DNA from: Microcoleus sp.
GTDB taxonomy: Bacteria > Cyanobacteriota > Cyanobacteriia > Cyanobacteriales > Microcoleaceae
DNA length: 64,000 nt
Assembly (NCBI GenBank): GCA_052279835.1
Contig: CP181291.1
Coordinates: 2,560,001-2,624,000 of the forward strand
Reading direction: 5' to 3'
Shown here: piece by piece, positions 1-9,319 of the stretch
How the letters are laid out: every line of letters begins with the position of its first letter
How positions within the stretch are numbered: the stretch's first letter is position 1
Program-made: the position numbers and the translations under genes
Notes under the pieces: model-generated
Databases searched by the model: none
Seen by the model: only the letters and a program-made list of their open reading frames with translations
Told to the model about the DNA's origin: nothing

Positions 1-87
1 ATCAGGAGGCTCTGCCTCCAATTCTCCTAGTAGAAGAGCGAGGCAGAGCCTCTAGACATGAGTTTCCCAGGCAGAGCCTAGGAACCA
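1..87. repeat. Dispersed palindromic (REP-like) repeat, GAGGCTCTGCCTC/GAGGCAGAGCC family, partial at window edge
   Basis: Inverted motifs gaggctctgcctc ... gaggcagagcctc, plus a further aggcagagcc. Confidence 0.55.
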
Positions 88-117
88 GTTAGCCAGTTAC
101 AAACATAGCAAATCAAA

Positions 118-174
118 ATGAACGACAATTTACGCGAAATTTTAGCAGAACTTCGCAACTACTTTCAGCAGTAG
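118..174 (+). pseudogene. N-terminal remnant of a minimal nucleotidyltransferase (MNT) gene
   Basis: Translates MNDNLREILAELRNYFQQ*, similar to the N-terminus INDKLKTILAELRSHFEQ of the MNT genes at 56943-57698. Confidence 0.45.
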
Positions 175-249
175 AGAAGGAGTCCCGATTTGAAAGTCTT
201 TTAACCAATCATCTCGCGATAATCCTTGTGCAGACTCCGCGCGAGACTC

Positions 250-313
250 AGAAACCGGGTTTCTGGGGAAAATCTCGTGAGGAGGCGTAAATTCTCATAG
301 AAACCCGGTTTCT
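250..313. repeat. Dispersed AGAAACCGGGTTTCT...AGAAACCCGGTTTCT palindromic repeat
   Basis: Same motif pair as the tandem units at 53783-54134. Confidence 0.7.
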
Positions 314-343
314 TGGACTAACCGCGTGAGTTCTTGATAAGTA

Positions 344-2009
344 GGGTTTGCTGAATAATCGATCGCCAACCAAGAGCAGGAGCGATCGATATATTCAAGC
401 AGAGTTAACTATAAGTTGTTTCGGCATTGATTCCACCCAGTTATAATTGTAGATTATATTCAAGCCAAAAACAGGTGTTCTTTTTCCAAATAGACATAAA
501 AACACACAAAAAACCCGGCGCCACCAGGTAGCAAGGTTCATTACCAAAAAAGTAATTGCAATAACTGTACCAGATGTATTATCAAGTTTTGCCATCACTC
601 GATTGAGACCGAATCTTCGTTTTCCTTGCCCAAACTTGCCCTCAATGGCATTTCTAATCCTCTCATCTTCCAACGCTTGCCTCTTTTTTGATTTACTCAC
701 ATTTGCTGGCGGTCTTCCTAATGGCGGCCCACTCAGCCTAATGCCTTTTTCTTTACACCATGCTCGGTTTTCCCGATTTCGGTAAATGCGATCTGCATGA
801 ACTGACTCTGGATAATACCCTGTGAATTTATGATATGCTTCTACTTGTGTTTTTAAGTCCCCTGATTCGTTAAAGTTATCCCAGCTCATCCGGTCTAAAA
901 ATACATATCCCTCAAAACAACTGGCTGATATTTTGGCTCCAAATTCTACGCTTTTTCCTGCTTTTCCTCTGACTATGGGACGGATATGGGGTTGGCTTAA
1001 ACTTACTATTCTATCCTCAATACTCTGTTTATTATTGTCAAATAACCATTGCTGTTGGCGATAGACCTCTGTCAGGACTAACAAGGTTTTATATTGCTTT
1101 TTATTCAGAGCTTCTAGGCTCGCACCTGAATCGATTAGCTGTTCAATATGAGCTAGGTTTCTTTTTATGTATTGAAGTTGTTTTTTAATTGCTTGTCTTT
1201 TTTTGTTTTTGGTCGGTCGTCGTTGTTTGGCTACTGCTAAGTAGTCTTTCCTCGCTAGATTACGGTAGGTTCTTGGTTTTTTAGTGGTGTTTTCTTTAAT
1301 TTGTTTATACAGAATGTCTAGGATTTTTTCTGTATGAACTCTGGCTCTGTTTAATAGTCCTAAGTCGGTCGGATAACTAATGTCGGCTGGGGCGCAGGTT
1401 GCATCTACGATCAATTGGCCGCGATTGGATAACTCATTTTTGGCGTCCGGATCCTTTTTTTTTTCAGGTTTGACTGGCGTGAGTTCTCGCATTTTTTTGA
1501 CCATGCGTTCGTTCACTTGATTAATTAGATTGGGACTAATTCGTTGCCGAAAGTGTACTAAGAGTGATGGGTCAAATGCGAGTTCGTTGCTGTAGCTTGA
1601 TTGACCGATGAAGTATTGCAGATAGGGGTTTTCACGGATCTGTTCTACTGTTTCACGATCGCTAATTCCTAATTTTTCTTTAATAATTAATGCCCCCAAT
1701 GCCATCCTAAAGCATTTAGCAGGAGCCCCCTTTTCTGTGGGGAAGTTGGCCGCATATTCTGATTCAAATTCAGACCACGGGATTATTTGGGCCATTTTTA
1801 CCCAACGGTTATCTGCTGACAACTTTCCACATGAGGGGAGTTCAAAGTCGGAGGGTGAGGGGTGAGCAAGCTCAGCTTTTCGATACACGATCGCAGATGG
1901 TGATGCACGAGTTTTGATCTATTTTACCTGTTTTTTTTGCACCTGACTGTCGATCGCACCAGTTCTTAATCCATGCCACGTCAAGTGCGATCGATTATTC
2001 AGCAAGCCC
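344..2009 (-). mobile_element. IS5-family insertion sequence, copy 1 (1666 bp)
   Basis: TIRs GGG(T/C)TTGCTGAATAATCGATCGC, 6-bp TSD TAAGTA (338-343 and 2010-2015); same translated transposase and length as the copy at 25261-26926. Confidence 0.95.
395..1888 (-). CDS. IS5-family DDE transposase
   Basis: 497 aa; IVDAT, HADRIY, RNAIEGKFGQGKR motifs; true start uncertain. Confidence 0.93.
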   Translation of the reverse strand: MYRKAELAHPSPSDFELPSCGKLSADNRWVKMAQIIPWSEFESEYAANFPTEKGAPAKCFRMALGALIIKEKLGISDRETVEQIRENPYLQYFIGQSSYSNELAFDPSLLVHFRQRISPNLINQVNERMVKKMRELTPVKPEKKKDPDAKNELSNRGQLIVDATCAPADISYPTDLGLLNRARVHTEKILDILYKQIKENTTKKPRTYRNLARKDYLAVAKQRRPTKNKKRQAIKKQLQYIKRNLAHIEQLIDSGASLEALNKKQYKTLLVLTEVYRQQQWLFDNNKQSIEDRIVSLSQPHIRPIVRGKAGKSVEFGAKISASCFEGYVFLDRMSWDNFNESGDLKTQVEAYHKFTGYYPESVHADRIYRNRENRAWCKEKGIRLSGPPLGRPPANVSKSKKRQALEDERIRNAIEGKFGQGKRRFGLNRVMAKLDNTSGTVIAITFLVMNLATWWRRVFCVFLCLFGKRTPVFGLNIIYNYNWVESMPKQLIVNSA

Positions 2010-2174
2010 TAAGTAGAAGGAAGAAGGAAGAAGGAAGAAGGAAGAAGGAAGAAGGAAGAAGTCACCCCCCCCTGCCCCCCCCAAGGGGGGAAGGAAGAAG
2101 GAAGAAGGAAGAAGGCTCATAGAGCAAGCTTTTTAGCCACCTGTATCTTACGTTTAATTAAGTGGACTTACTTA
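2010..2174 (+). repeat. Dispersed MITE-like element (TAAGTAGAAGG...GGACTTACTTA) with GAAGGAA heptamers
   Basis: Related copies at 7194-7299, ~12580-12660 (inverted) and 30556-30690 (inverted); ends TAAGTA/TACTTA. Confidence 0.7.
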
Positions 2175-2225
2175 ATAATTTCAATCGCCTCCTTCCCAAA
2201 CAGAATAACTAACGGGATTTTCTTA

Positions 2226-2272
2226 GTCCGCGGAGGCGGACTTTGTTTATGTAGACGCGGTTTCAACCGCCA
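2226..2272. repeat. Dispersed REP-like repeat (AGTCCGC...GCGGACT / GCGGTTTCAACCGC)
   Basis: Inverted copy at ~51893-51940. Confidence 0.7.
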
Positions 2273-2277
2273 GGTGA

Positions 2278-5200
2278 CTAATCAGAATTGTGCCATTCTT
2301 TCTCGATTTTCTCCAAATCCTTCGCCGCTCCCAATTGTTGAAAAATTCTATATGCTGTATCGTAATGTTGTTGAGCAACTTCTGTGTTGCCGCGCTGGCG
2401 ATGGAGTCGCGCAAAATCGTAGTTTGTTTCGGCAATATGCCAAGTCATCCCTAGTGTTTGCATTTTATCTAAAGCTTCTGTTAAATGTTGTTCTGCTGTA
2501 TCTAAATTGCCTCTACCTAGTTCATTTTCTCCCAAACAACCGATCGAAGTTGCTATCCCTTCGCGATCGCCCAATTCTGTCCTCAATGCCAAAGATTGCC
2601 GGTAAAGTCTCTCTGCTTCATCCCAATTGCCGCGCTTTCGCTCAATATCTCCCAACACTCCCCAAGAAGATGCCATCCCCGCGCGATCGCCCAATTCTGT
2701 TTCAACTTCCAAAGATTGCCGGTAAAGTCTCTCTGCTTCATCCCAATTGCCGCGCTTTCGCTCAATATCTCCCAACACTCCCCAAGAAGATGCCATCCCC
2801 GCGCGATCGCCCAATTCTGTCATCAAAGCCAAACATTGCCGGTAAAGTCTCTCTGCTTCATCCCAATTGCCGCGACATTGCTCAATATATCCCAACAATC
2901 CCCAAGAAGATGCCATCCCCGCGCGATCGCCCAATTCTGTCCTCAATGCCAAAGATTGCCGGTAAAGTCTCTCTGCTTCATCCCAATTGCCGCGCTTTCG
3001 CTCAATATCTCCCAACACTCCCCAAGAAGATGCCATCCCCGCGCGATCGCCCAATTCTGTCATCAAAGCCAAACATTGCCGGTAAAGTCTCTCTGCTTCA
3101 TCCCAATTGCCGCGACATTGCTCAATATATCCCAACAATCCCCAAGAAGATGCCATCCCCGCGCGATCGCCCAATTCTGTCCTCAATGCCAAACATTGCC
3201 GGTAAAGTCTCTCTGCTTCATCCCAATTGCCGCGCTTTCGCTCAATATCTCCCAACACTCCCCAAGAAGATGCCATCCCCGCGCGATCGCCCAATTCTGT
3301 CATCAAAGCCAAACATTGCCGGTAAAGTCTCTCTGCTTCATCCCAATTGCCGCGACATTGCTCAATATATCCCAACAATCCCCAAGAAGATGCCATCCCC
3401 GCGCGATCGCCCAATTCTGTCCTCAATGCCAAAGATTGCCGGTAAAGTCTCTCTGCTTCATCCCAATTGCCGCGCTTTCGCTCAATATCTCCCAACACTC
3501 CCCAAGAAGATGCCATCCCCGCGCGATCGCCCAATTCTGTCATCAAAGCCAAACATTGCCGGTAAAGTCTCTCTGCTTCATCCCAATTGCCGCGACATTG
3601 CTCAATATATCCCAACAATCCCCAAGAAGATGCCATCCCCGCGCGATCGCCCAATTCTGTCCTCAATGCCAAACATTGCCGGTAAAGTCTCTCTGCTTCA
3701 TCCCAATTGCCGCGACATTGCTCAATATATCCCAACAATCCCCAAGAAGATGCCATCCCCGCGCGATCGCCCAATTCTGTCCTCAATGCCAAAGATTGCC
3801 GGTAAAGTCTCTCAGCTTCATCCCAATTGCCGCGATTTCGCTCAATATCTCCCAACACTCCCCAACAAGAAGCCATCCCCGCGCGATCGCCCAATTCTGT
3901 TTCAACTTCCAAACATTGCCGGTAAAGTCTCTCTGCTTCATCCCATTTGCCGCGCTTTCGCTCAATATCTCCCAACATCCCTAATGAAGTAGCCATACTG
4001 CTCTGATTATCATCTTCTTCTGCGATGGCTAGCGCATCTTTCAAATATTTTTCTGCTAAATCCCAATCTCCAAAATCACGATGAATTGCACCTAATTCTC
4101 TTAAGCAATAGGAACGTCGATAGCCTTCAACATAAGGTAAAACTTGCTCGTACAATTCTTTTGATAAATTCCAGTATCCCCACCGTCTTAAGTATTCATC
4201 TGGGATTAAATAGAAAGCTTTCTCATAATTTCCCAACCTAAAGGCAAAATGTTGAGCTTCCAGAACAGATTGTAAATCAGCTAAGCTTTGAGGATTGTCC
4301 ACATTTTTACCAGTGCAGTAAAACTTATACACACTTTCCAGCAGTTGTGGCAATTCCTGTCGATATTCCCCTTGCAAAAACTCCTCAATCACCCGGTGCA
4401 AATCGTAAAAATTCTCACATTTATCCTCGTCATAGCGACTCTGCACCAAATTCGCACCGACTAATCGCTCTAAAATTGCTGATGTCTCCTCAATTTCGGC
4501 ATCTGTCAACTCAGCAGGTTTTTCTAATTCTGCTGCTACTTCAAAGCGGCTATCTTTTTCCCAATCATCCGCATACAGCCGCAAGAAAGTTAAACCTCTG
4601 ACATCAATCGGCACTCGCAAAACACACATCCGGGAGACTAAATCTCTTGCCGCTGCACTTTGCCTTGCCATTTGTTCTCGCAACATCGGTTCCACCTTCT
4701 TCGTTACCAATTCAGGATGCTTCCGCAAATATCCCGGTTTTCCCTTGCCAAGAGACACCAATTGAGTTAATAAAAAAAGATGACCTTCAACCCGCCCAGA
4801 CATCCACTGCAAATCAGCTAATTTATCAGTCAACTGTCGCTGCAAAATCTCCACACTCGCCCTCTCATCCACACCTTGCAACACTTCAATATGCACCAAT
4901 TCGGCATCCGGCGCTAACCCCGGATAGCGAGTATCAGCCAAATCTCCCGGCAATTCCCGGCTAGTCAAAATCGTTTGCGATTGGTGCTGTTGATAAACCA
5001 AAGCATTCAACAACTTACCCCAATCCGGTGAAATAGTTCGATGTATCTGCGACGAATCAAAACTATCTAAATTTTCCGCCTCAACCGCCGGATATAAAAT
5101 ATCTTCCAGGTTATCGAGTATCAACAGACAGCGAGTTTGTTGCAAACCAAGGATAATTTTGGCAATCTTTTCCTCTGGCTTTTTCAACTCCGCCGCCCCC

Positions 5201-6024
5201 GGAATCCCCAAACCTTCACTTAACAGAAACCCAGCCACATCATCAAAACTGGTTCCTTCTTTTGCCTTGAAATACATGACGCACTCACAACCGCCAGCCA
5301 GAAAACTTTTCCCAGCTTGAGAAACAGAATGCTGCCAATTCATCCCCAATTCTTCCACAAGTTTGATTGCCAAACTCGTTTTACCCATACCGCCTTGCCC
5401 GACAATCGCCAACACCTTCGGCGACGAAGTTCCATCCGGCAGAATTGGTACTAATTTTGCAGTTAATTTTGCCACTAATTCATCCCGCCCTTTCCACACG
5501 GGCACCGACTCAGGCATCTGAGATACAGCCACCCTAATTGATTTATCGGGAGGGGAATCTACCGCAGCATTACTCTCGGTTTTCTCCTCAGTATTTTGCC
5601 TGCTGTTAATCTGAATGCTGATACCGCCCCATGCTTTTGCCAACTCTTCTAAATTCGCTGTTTTGTCTTTTTCCTTCCACAACTTCAGAGTAAAATTCCA
5701 ATTGGGATTACCTTTCCTTTTGGACGGCGGGCGGTGATCGTCCAGAATTTTCAGCTCTTCTGTGAGATACTTAGTCAGCACCTCACCGATGTACTTTTTA
5801 ACTTGCGTGTCAGAAGTCTTATCACTTGGTTTAAAGCTGCCTTTCTCTTTCAGCAAGTGGCGCAGGGCTTCCAGCGTCGCCGTGACGTGCAACTCAGTGT
5901 CACCTTTCCATTCGGCGTGGAGATGAGAGATGCGATTTGTATCGTTTAACGCATAATCTAGCAGCGCCTCAAACAAATCAATCACTCGCTGCCAAGACTT
6001 TTCACCTTTTCCCTGCTTGGGCAT
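2278..6024 (-). CDS. NB-ARC/STAND NTPase with C-terminal TPR array (NLR-like)
   Basis: Walker A GQGGMGKT, Walker B LLILDNLE, TSRE and YDLH motifs; 12 near-identical 40-aa TPR-like repeats. Confidence 0.9.
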   Translation of the reverse strand: MPKQGKGEKSWQRVIDLFEALLDYALNDTNRISHLHAEWKGDTELHVTATLEALRHLLKEKGSFKPSDKTSDTQVKKYIGEVLTKYLTEELKILDDHRPPSKRKGNPNWNFTLKLWKEKDKTANLEELAKAWGGISIQINSRQNTEEKTESNAAVDSPPDKSIRVAVSQMPESVPVWKGRDELVAKLTAKLVPILPDGTSSPKVLAIVGQGGMGKTSLAIKLVEELGMNWQHSVSQAGKSFLAGGCECVMYFKAKEGTSFDDVAGFLLSEGLGIPGAAELKKPEEKIAKIILGLQQTRCLLILDNLEDILYPAVEAENLDSFDSSQIHRTISPDWGKLLNALVYQQHQSQTILTSRELPGDLADTRYPGLAPDAELVHIEVLQGVDERASVEILQRQLTDKLADLQWMSGRVEGHLFLLTQLVSLGKGKPGYLRKHPELVTKKVEPMLREQMARQSAAARDLVSRMCVLRVPIDVRGLTFLRLYADDWEKDSRFEVAAELEKPAELTDAEIEETSAILERLVGANLVQSRYDEDKCENFYDLHRVIEEFLQGEYRQELPQLLESVYKFYCTGKNVDNPQSLADLQSVLEAQHFAFRLGNYEKAFYLIPDEYLRRWGYWNLSKELYEQVLPYVEGYRRSYCLRELGAIHRDFGDWDLAEKYLKDALAIAEEDDNQSSMATSLGMLGDIERKRGKWDEAERLYRQCLEVETELGDRAGMASCWGVLGDIERNRGNWDEAERLYRQSLALRTELGDRAGMASSWGLLGYIEQCRGNWDEAERLYRQCLALRTELGDRAGMASSWGLLGYIEQCRGNWDEAERLYRQCLALMTELGDRAGMASSWGVLGDIERKRGNWDEAERLYRQSLALRTELGDRAGMASSWGLLGYIEQCRGNWDEAERLYRQCLALMTELGDRAGMASSWGVLGDIERKRGNWDEAERLYRQCLALRTELGDRAGMASSWGLLGYIEQCRGNWDEAERLYRQCLALMTELGDRAGMASSWGVLGDIERKRGNWDEAERLYRQSLALRTELGDRAGMASSWGLLGYIEQCRGNWDEAERLYRQCLALMTELGDRAGMASSWGVLGDIERKRGNWDEAERLYRQSLEVETELGDRAGMASSWGVLGDIERKRGNWDEAERLYRQSLALRTELGDREGIATSIGCLGENELGRGNLDTAEQHLTEALDKMQTLGMTWHIAETNYDFARLHRQRGNTEVAQQHYDTAYRIFQQLGAAKDLEKIEKEWHNSD
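2560..3985 (-). repeat. Intragenic tandem 120-bp repeats (12 units, two main alternating variants)
   Basis: Visible 120-bp periodicity; a HIP1 GCGATCGC in each unit. Confidence 0.97.
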
Positions 6025-6051
6025 AGATTTTCAAAATAAGTTGCTAAAAAA

Positions 6052-6158
6052 AGTTTCGGGAAAGTTTCGGGATTCCCGATACCGAATGACTGTCCCGAAT
6101 ATCCCGAACGCCTATCATAGCACAGTTGTAGCCGTTGTGTGACTTCGGGTATCCCGAA
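6052..6158. promoter_or_regulatory. Cluster of TTCGGG/CCCGAA half-sites, putative operator array in a divergent promoter
   Basis: TTCGGG-att-CCCGA (6066-6079), TTCGGG-tat-CCCGAA (6144-6158) and 3 further half-sites. Confidence 0.5.
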
Positions 6159-6195
6159 ATTCCATACTCAATTTAGTTGAGTTGGGGAATGATTT

Positions 6196-6468
6196 ATGGG
6201 ATTGTCGAAACAGCATGGATGGATGATTGCAGAAGCGGTTGTGGGTACTCTAGTCGGTGCTCTCAATTCTTCAGCGGGGTTAGTGCTGACTGTTGGATTA
6301 GTGGGTTTCCACCTCTGTTTCGACAAAAATGAAGAGGAACAGTTGCGCTGCCCTCTGGAGAGAGTTTTAAACAGGGAGGAAGTTGTGAGGCTTGATTCTT
6401 GCAGGGATTGTCGTTTTAAGAAAGGGGCGATTGATGTGGAAAAAGTTGATGAAGCAGATGCTGAGTAA
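6196..6468 (+). CDS. Small hypothetical membrane protein with C-terminal Cys motif (CP...CRDC)
   Basis: 90-aa ORF divergent from the NB-ARC gene, hydrophobic N-half. Confidence 0.55.
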   Translation: MGLSKQHGWMIAEAVVGTLVGALNSSAGLVLTVGLVGFHLCFDKNEEEQLRCPLERVLNREEVVRLDSCRDCRFKKGAIDVEKVDEADAE

Positions 6469-6767
6469 TCTCAAGTCAATGTCATTGTTAGTGATCTGTC
6501 GCTATTGCTTATACCATTTCTCTAAAATCGTGCAACAATCTTTGACCCCCCCTAACCCCCCCTTATAAAGGGGAGGGACAAGACTACTGTTGTATTCTTT
6601 TTTAAAATTGGTATTAGTCTGTGCGATTGCTTCATTCCTGGCAATGACATGATGATCGGGACTGATGCAGGGAGATGGAAAAAAGGGATCTGGTGCGTCA
6701 ATTCAGCTTTACAAACAAACTCTCATTGTATTAAAATTTCTATTCAAAATCTGATTGCGAGTATTAT

Positions 6768-7196
6768 ATGAAAAATATTTCATCACTTTTGACAGGAATG
6801 GCGATCGCCTCTGTATCTCTTGCTGCTTTCATTCCACCTACCTACGTGCTGCGAGTAGAAACAGTCAAACAGGGAATGTTACGGCTGACTAATATTTCCA
6901 ATCAGCGCATTTATATCAAAAACTTTGTTCTTAATAATTACAAAGTTAATGAATTTGGCAAACGAACCGGAGAAGTCGAGAAAATAAGTATTAGCGTAGA
7001 ATCATCGCTGCATCCAGGGGAAAGTACCTTAGAAAAAATTGCCGATGCACCAAGGCGGACCACCGCAAATACCGAATTATTGCGGTGGCATGATGGTAAA
7101 AAAAATCACCGCCAAGGATTGCTCGTATGTTTCATTAATGACTTCAATCACAATGTTTACGTAGCTCCTAACGGACAATTGCCCTGTCCCAAATAA
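6768..7196 (+). CDS. Hypothetical secreted protein
   Basis: 142 aa, signal-peptide-like N-terminus. Confidence 0.6.
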   Translation: MKNISSLLTGMAIASVSLAAFIPPTYVLRVETVKQGMLRLTNISNQRIYIKNFVLNNYKVNEFGKRTGEVEKISISVESSLHPGESTLEKIADAPRRTTANTELLRWHDGKKNHRQGLLVCFINDFNHNVYVAPNGQLPCPK

Positions 7197-7299
7197 GTAG
7201 AAGGAAGAAGGAAGAAGGAAGAATATCGATGTGAAGAATAGCAAGCCAGTAAGCTTTTGAGCGATTTGGATCTTGCATTTAATTAGGTGGACTTACTTA
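7194..7299 (+). repeat. MITE-like dispersed repeat (same family as 2010-2174)
   Basis: Core nearly identical to the reverse complement of 30556-30630. Confidence 0.75.
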
Positions 7300-7370
7300 A
7301 TCCTATTCATGCTGTTAGGAAAAACCGAGGCGATCGCCAATTAATTCCCAACATCAAATCAGCCAGCAAA

Positions 7371-8102
7371 TTAAGAAATCACCACCCTAGATAGGGGTGA
7401 ATGCCATTCATTCCCATTTAACAATTCCAAATTCAGCCGATAGCCAACATTCCGCACAGTTTGAATCAGACTCGGCTGTCGCGGATCGATTTCGATTTTT
7501 TTGCGCAAAGACAGTACATGAGTGTCAATGGTGCGCGGGTTGTCAATAGCATCGGGCCAAGCTCTGCGCAGTAAGTCCGATCGCGACAGAGGGACTCCTC
7601 CAGCTTGAGCCAGCACGTACAACAGGCTGAATTCCTGGGGAGTGAGTTCGATATGTTGTTCGTACAAACGCACTCGGCGTTGCACCAAATCAATTTTGAG
7701 CAGCCCGCACTCCAGGGTAGCCGGCGGTATCATCGTGCGGTTGCGACGCATCAAAGCTTCTACCCGCGCCATAAATTCTTGCATCCCAAAAGGTTTGGTG
7801 AGGTAATCGTCAGCCCCCGACTTCAAACCTTCAACAATATCCGCTTCAGAATTCCGGGCTGACAACATTAAAATCAGCGACTGCTGCTGTTTTTGTAGCC
7901 ATCGGCAAAATTCCAAACCGTCTCCATCTGGCAATTCTGCATCCAGAATTACTAGGGAGGGCTGTTGGCTGAAAAATATTTCCCTAGCATGATTGATATC
8001 CGCTGATTGATGCACCCAGTGACCGACTTGCTGTAGATGCCAGCCCAAGAGCGATCGCAGGTGCGGATTCCCTTCAACAATTGAAATACTAAGACATCCC
8101 AC
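7371..8102 (-). CDS. nrrA: OmpR-family nitrogen-regulated response regulator (NrrA-like)
   Basis: IVEGNPHLRSLLGWHLQQ N-terminus, receiver + winged-helix domains; canonical NtcA promoter upstream. Confidence 0.8.
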   Translation of the reverse strand: MGCLSISIVEGNPHLRSLLGWHLQQVGHWVHQSADINHAREIFFSQQPSLVILDAELPDGDGLEFCRWLQKQQQSLILMLSARNSEADIVEGLKSGADDYLTKPFGMQEFMARVEALMRRNRTMIPPATLECGLLKIDLVQRRVRLYEQHIELTPQEFSLLYVLAQAGGVPLSRSDLLRRAWPDAIDNPRTIDTHVLSLRKKIEIDPRQPSLIQTVRNVGYRLNLELLNGNEWHSPLSRVVIS

Positions 8103-8135
8103 AGCAGCGAGCTTCCAATATCATTAATTGCTACC

Positions 8136-8177
8136 AGGTTAACAGAGCTTTTGTCAAGGTTTTGTAACCATAGCTAC
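8136..8177 (-). promoter_or_regulatory. Class II NtcA-activated promoter
   Basis: Minus strand GTA-GCTATGGT-TAC (8177-8164), 22-nt spacer, -10 TAACCT (8141-8136). Confidence 0.85.
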
Positions 8178-8244
8178 CCAAATATTAGCTTCCAAACCTA
8201 TTAATAGATCTAGATGCAGAAACAAGGAAGAAAGCCGATCGGAC

Positions 8245-9153
8245 TTAGGAGACGTCTTGATTTTTCTTGAGTAATTTATTTATCAACTTAGGTACCTCCG
8301 AAGGTCGAGAAGCGACTGGGATATTTGCCTCTTCAAAGGCAGCCATTTTATTTTCTGCACTCACCCCAAAGGCAGTCCGCGCAGCAGCCCTAGAGCTGAT
8401 CAGGATGCCGGCGTGGCCCAAAGACGGCCCTTTGGGAGCATAGCGGCCAGCCAGGTAAGCCACCACGGGTTTGTCGATCGCCTCAGCGATATAAGAAGCA
8501 GCCGCTTGTTCGCTCCAGCCGCCAACTTCCCCCACCAACACGATCGCCTCGGTAGTCTCATCTTCGTCCAAAATTTGCAGCCACTGCATAAAAGAAGAAC
8601 CCACAATCGCATCACAGCCAATACAAACAGCCATAGACTGTCCCAACCCCGCATTAGTCAGTTCTAGAGCCACCTCGTAAGTCAAAGTGCTGCTGCGGCT
8701 GATAATCCCCACCGGGCCGGGAGTGTAAAACTCCTTGGGATGAGTTCCCAACAATAACTTGTCAGGCACAATAATTCCCGGACTGTTGGGCCCAATCACC
8801 AAAGTTTCCATAGCTTCAGCTTTTCTGACTAAGCGCACCATATCCAGAGGAGGCACTCCTGGAGTGACGATCGCGATTTGCCGAATTCCAGCAGCGATCG
8901 CTTCCAGGGCCGCATCCAGCACCCAGTAGGGTTCCACCAAAATCACCGTGGTATCAATGTGCCCCACCGTCGCCACGGCTTGTTCCACCAAATCAAAAAC
9001 CGCAATTCCCTCCAACTCCTGCCCGCCCCTACCGGGACTGACACCAGCCACTACATTTGTGCCATATGCTTTCATCATCAGCGCCACAACCGTTGACGCG
9101 GGAGATTCTGTAATGCCTTGTATCAGGACTTTACTCTCAGGAGTTAAATTCAT
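8245..9153 (-). CDS. sucD: Succinyl-CoA synthetase alpha subunit
   Basis: VLIQGIT, IGPNSPG, SRSSTLTYE and LGHAG (phospho-His) motifs. Confidence 0.9.
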   Translation of the reverse strand: MNLTPESKVLIQGITESPASTVVALMMKAYGTNVVAGVSPGRGGQELEGIAVFDLVEQAVATVGHIDTTVILVEPYWVLDAALEAIAAGIRQIAIVTPGVPPLDMVRLVRKAEAMETLVIGPNSPGIIVPDKLLLGTHPKEFYTPGPVGIISRSSTLTYEVALELTNAGLGQSMAVCIGCDAIVGSSFMQWLQILDEDETTEAIVLVGEVGGWSEQAAASYIAEAIDKPVVAYLAGRYAPKGPSLGHAGILISSRAAARTAFGVSAENKMAAFEEANIPVASRPSEVPKLINKLLKKNQDVS

Positions 9154-9166
9154 TTTTTATATCGCA

Positions 9167-9260
9167 GAAGGAAGAAGGAAGAAGGAAGAAGGAAGAAGGA
9201 ATAATAACCCCCCCTAGGGAGGGATGGGGGAAATTCAGGAAGAAGGAAGAAGGCAGAAGG
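9167..9260. repeat. GAAGGAA heptamer STRR tract with C/G palindrome
   Basis: Seen directly. Confidence 0.7.
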
Positions 9261-9319
9261 CCAAAGAACGGAATCGATCGGCCATTGATTGAAGGTTTCT
9301 ATGATGTCGGGGCTTCCCG

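Noticed and set aside
2560..3985. Diversity-generating retroelement in the TPR repeats
   Set aside because: No reverse transcriptase in the window, and the variation is a few recurring alleles rather than adenine-specific randomisation
2274..3992. Long plus-strand ORFs (572 aa and 462 aa)
   Set aside because: Shadow frames of the stop-free 120-bp TPR repeat on the opposite strand
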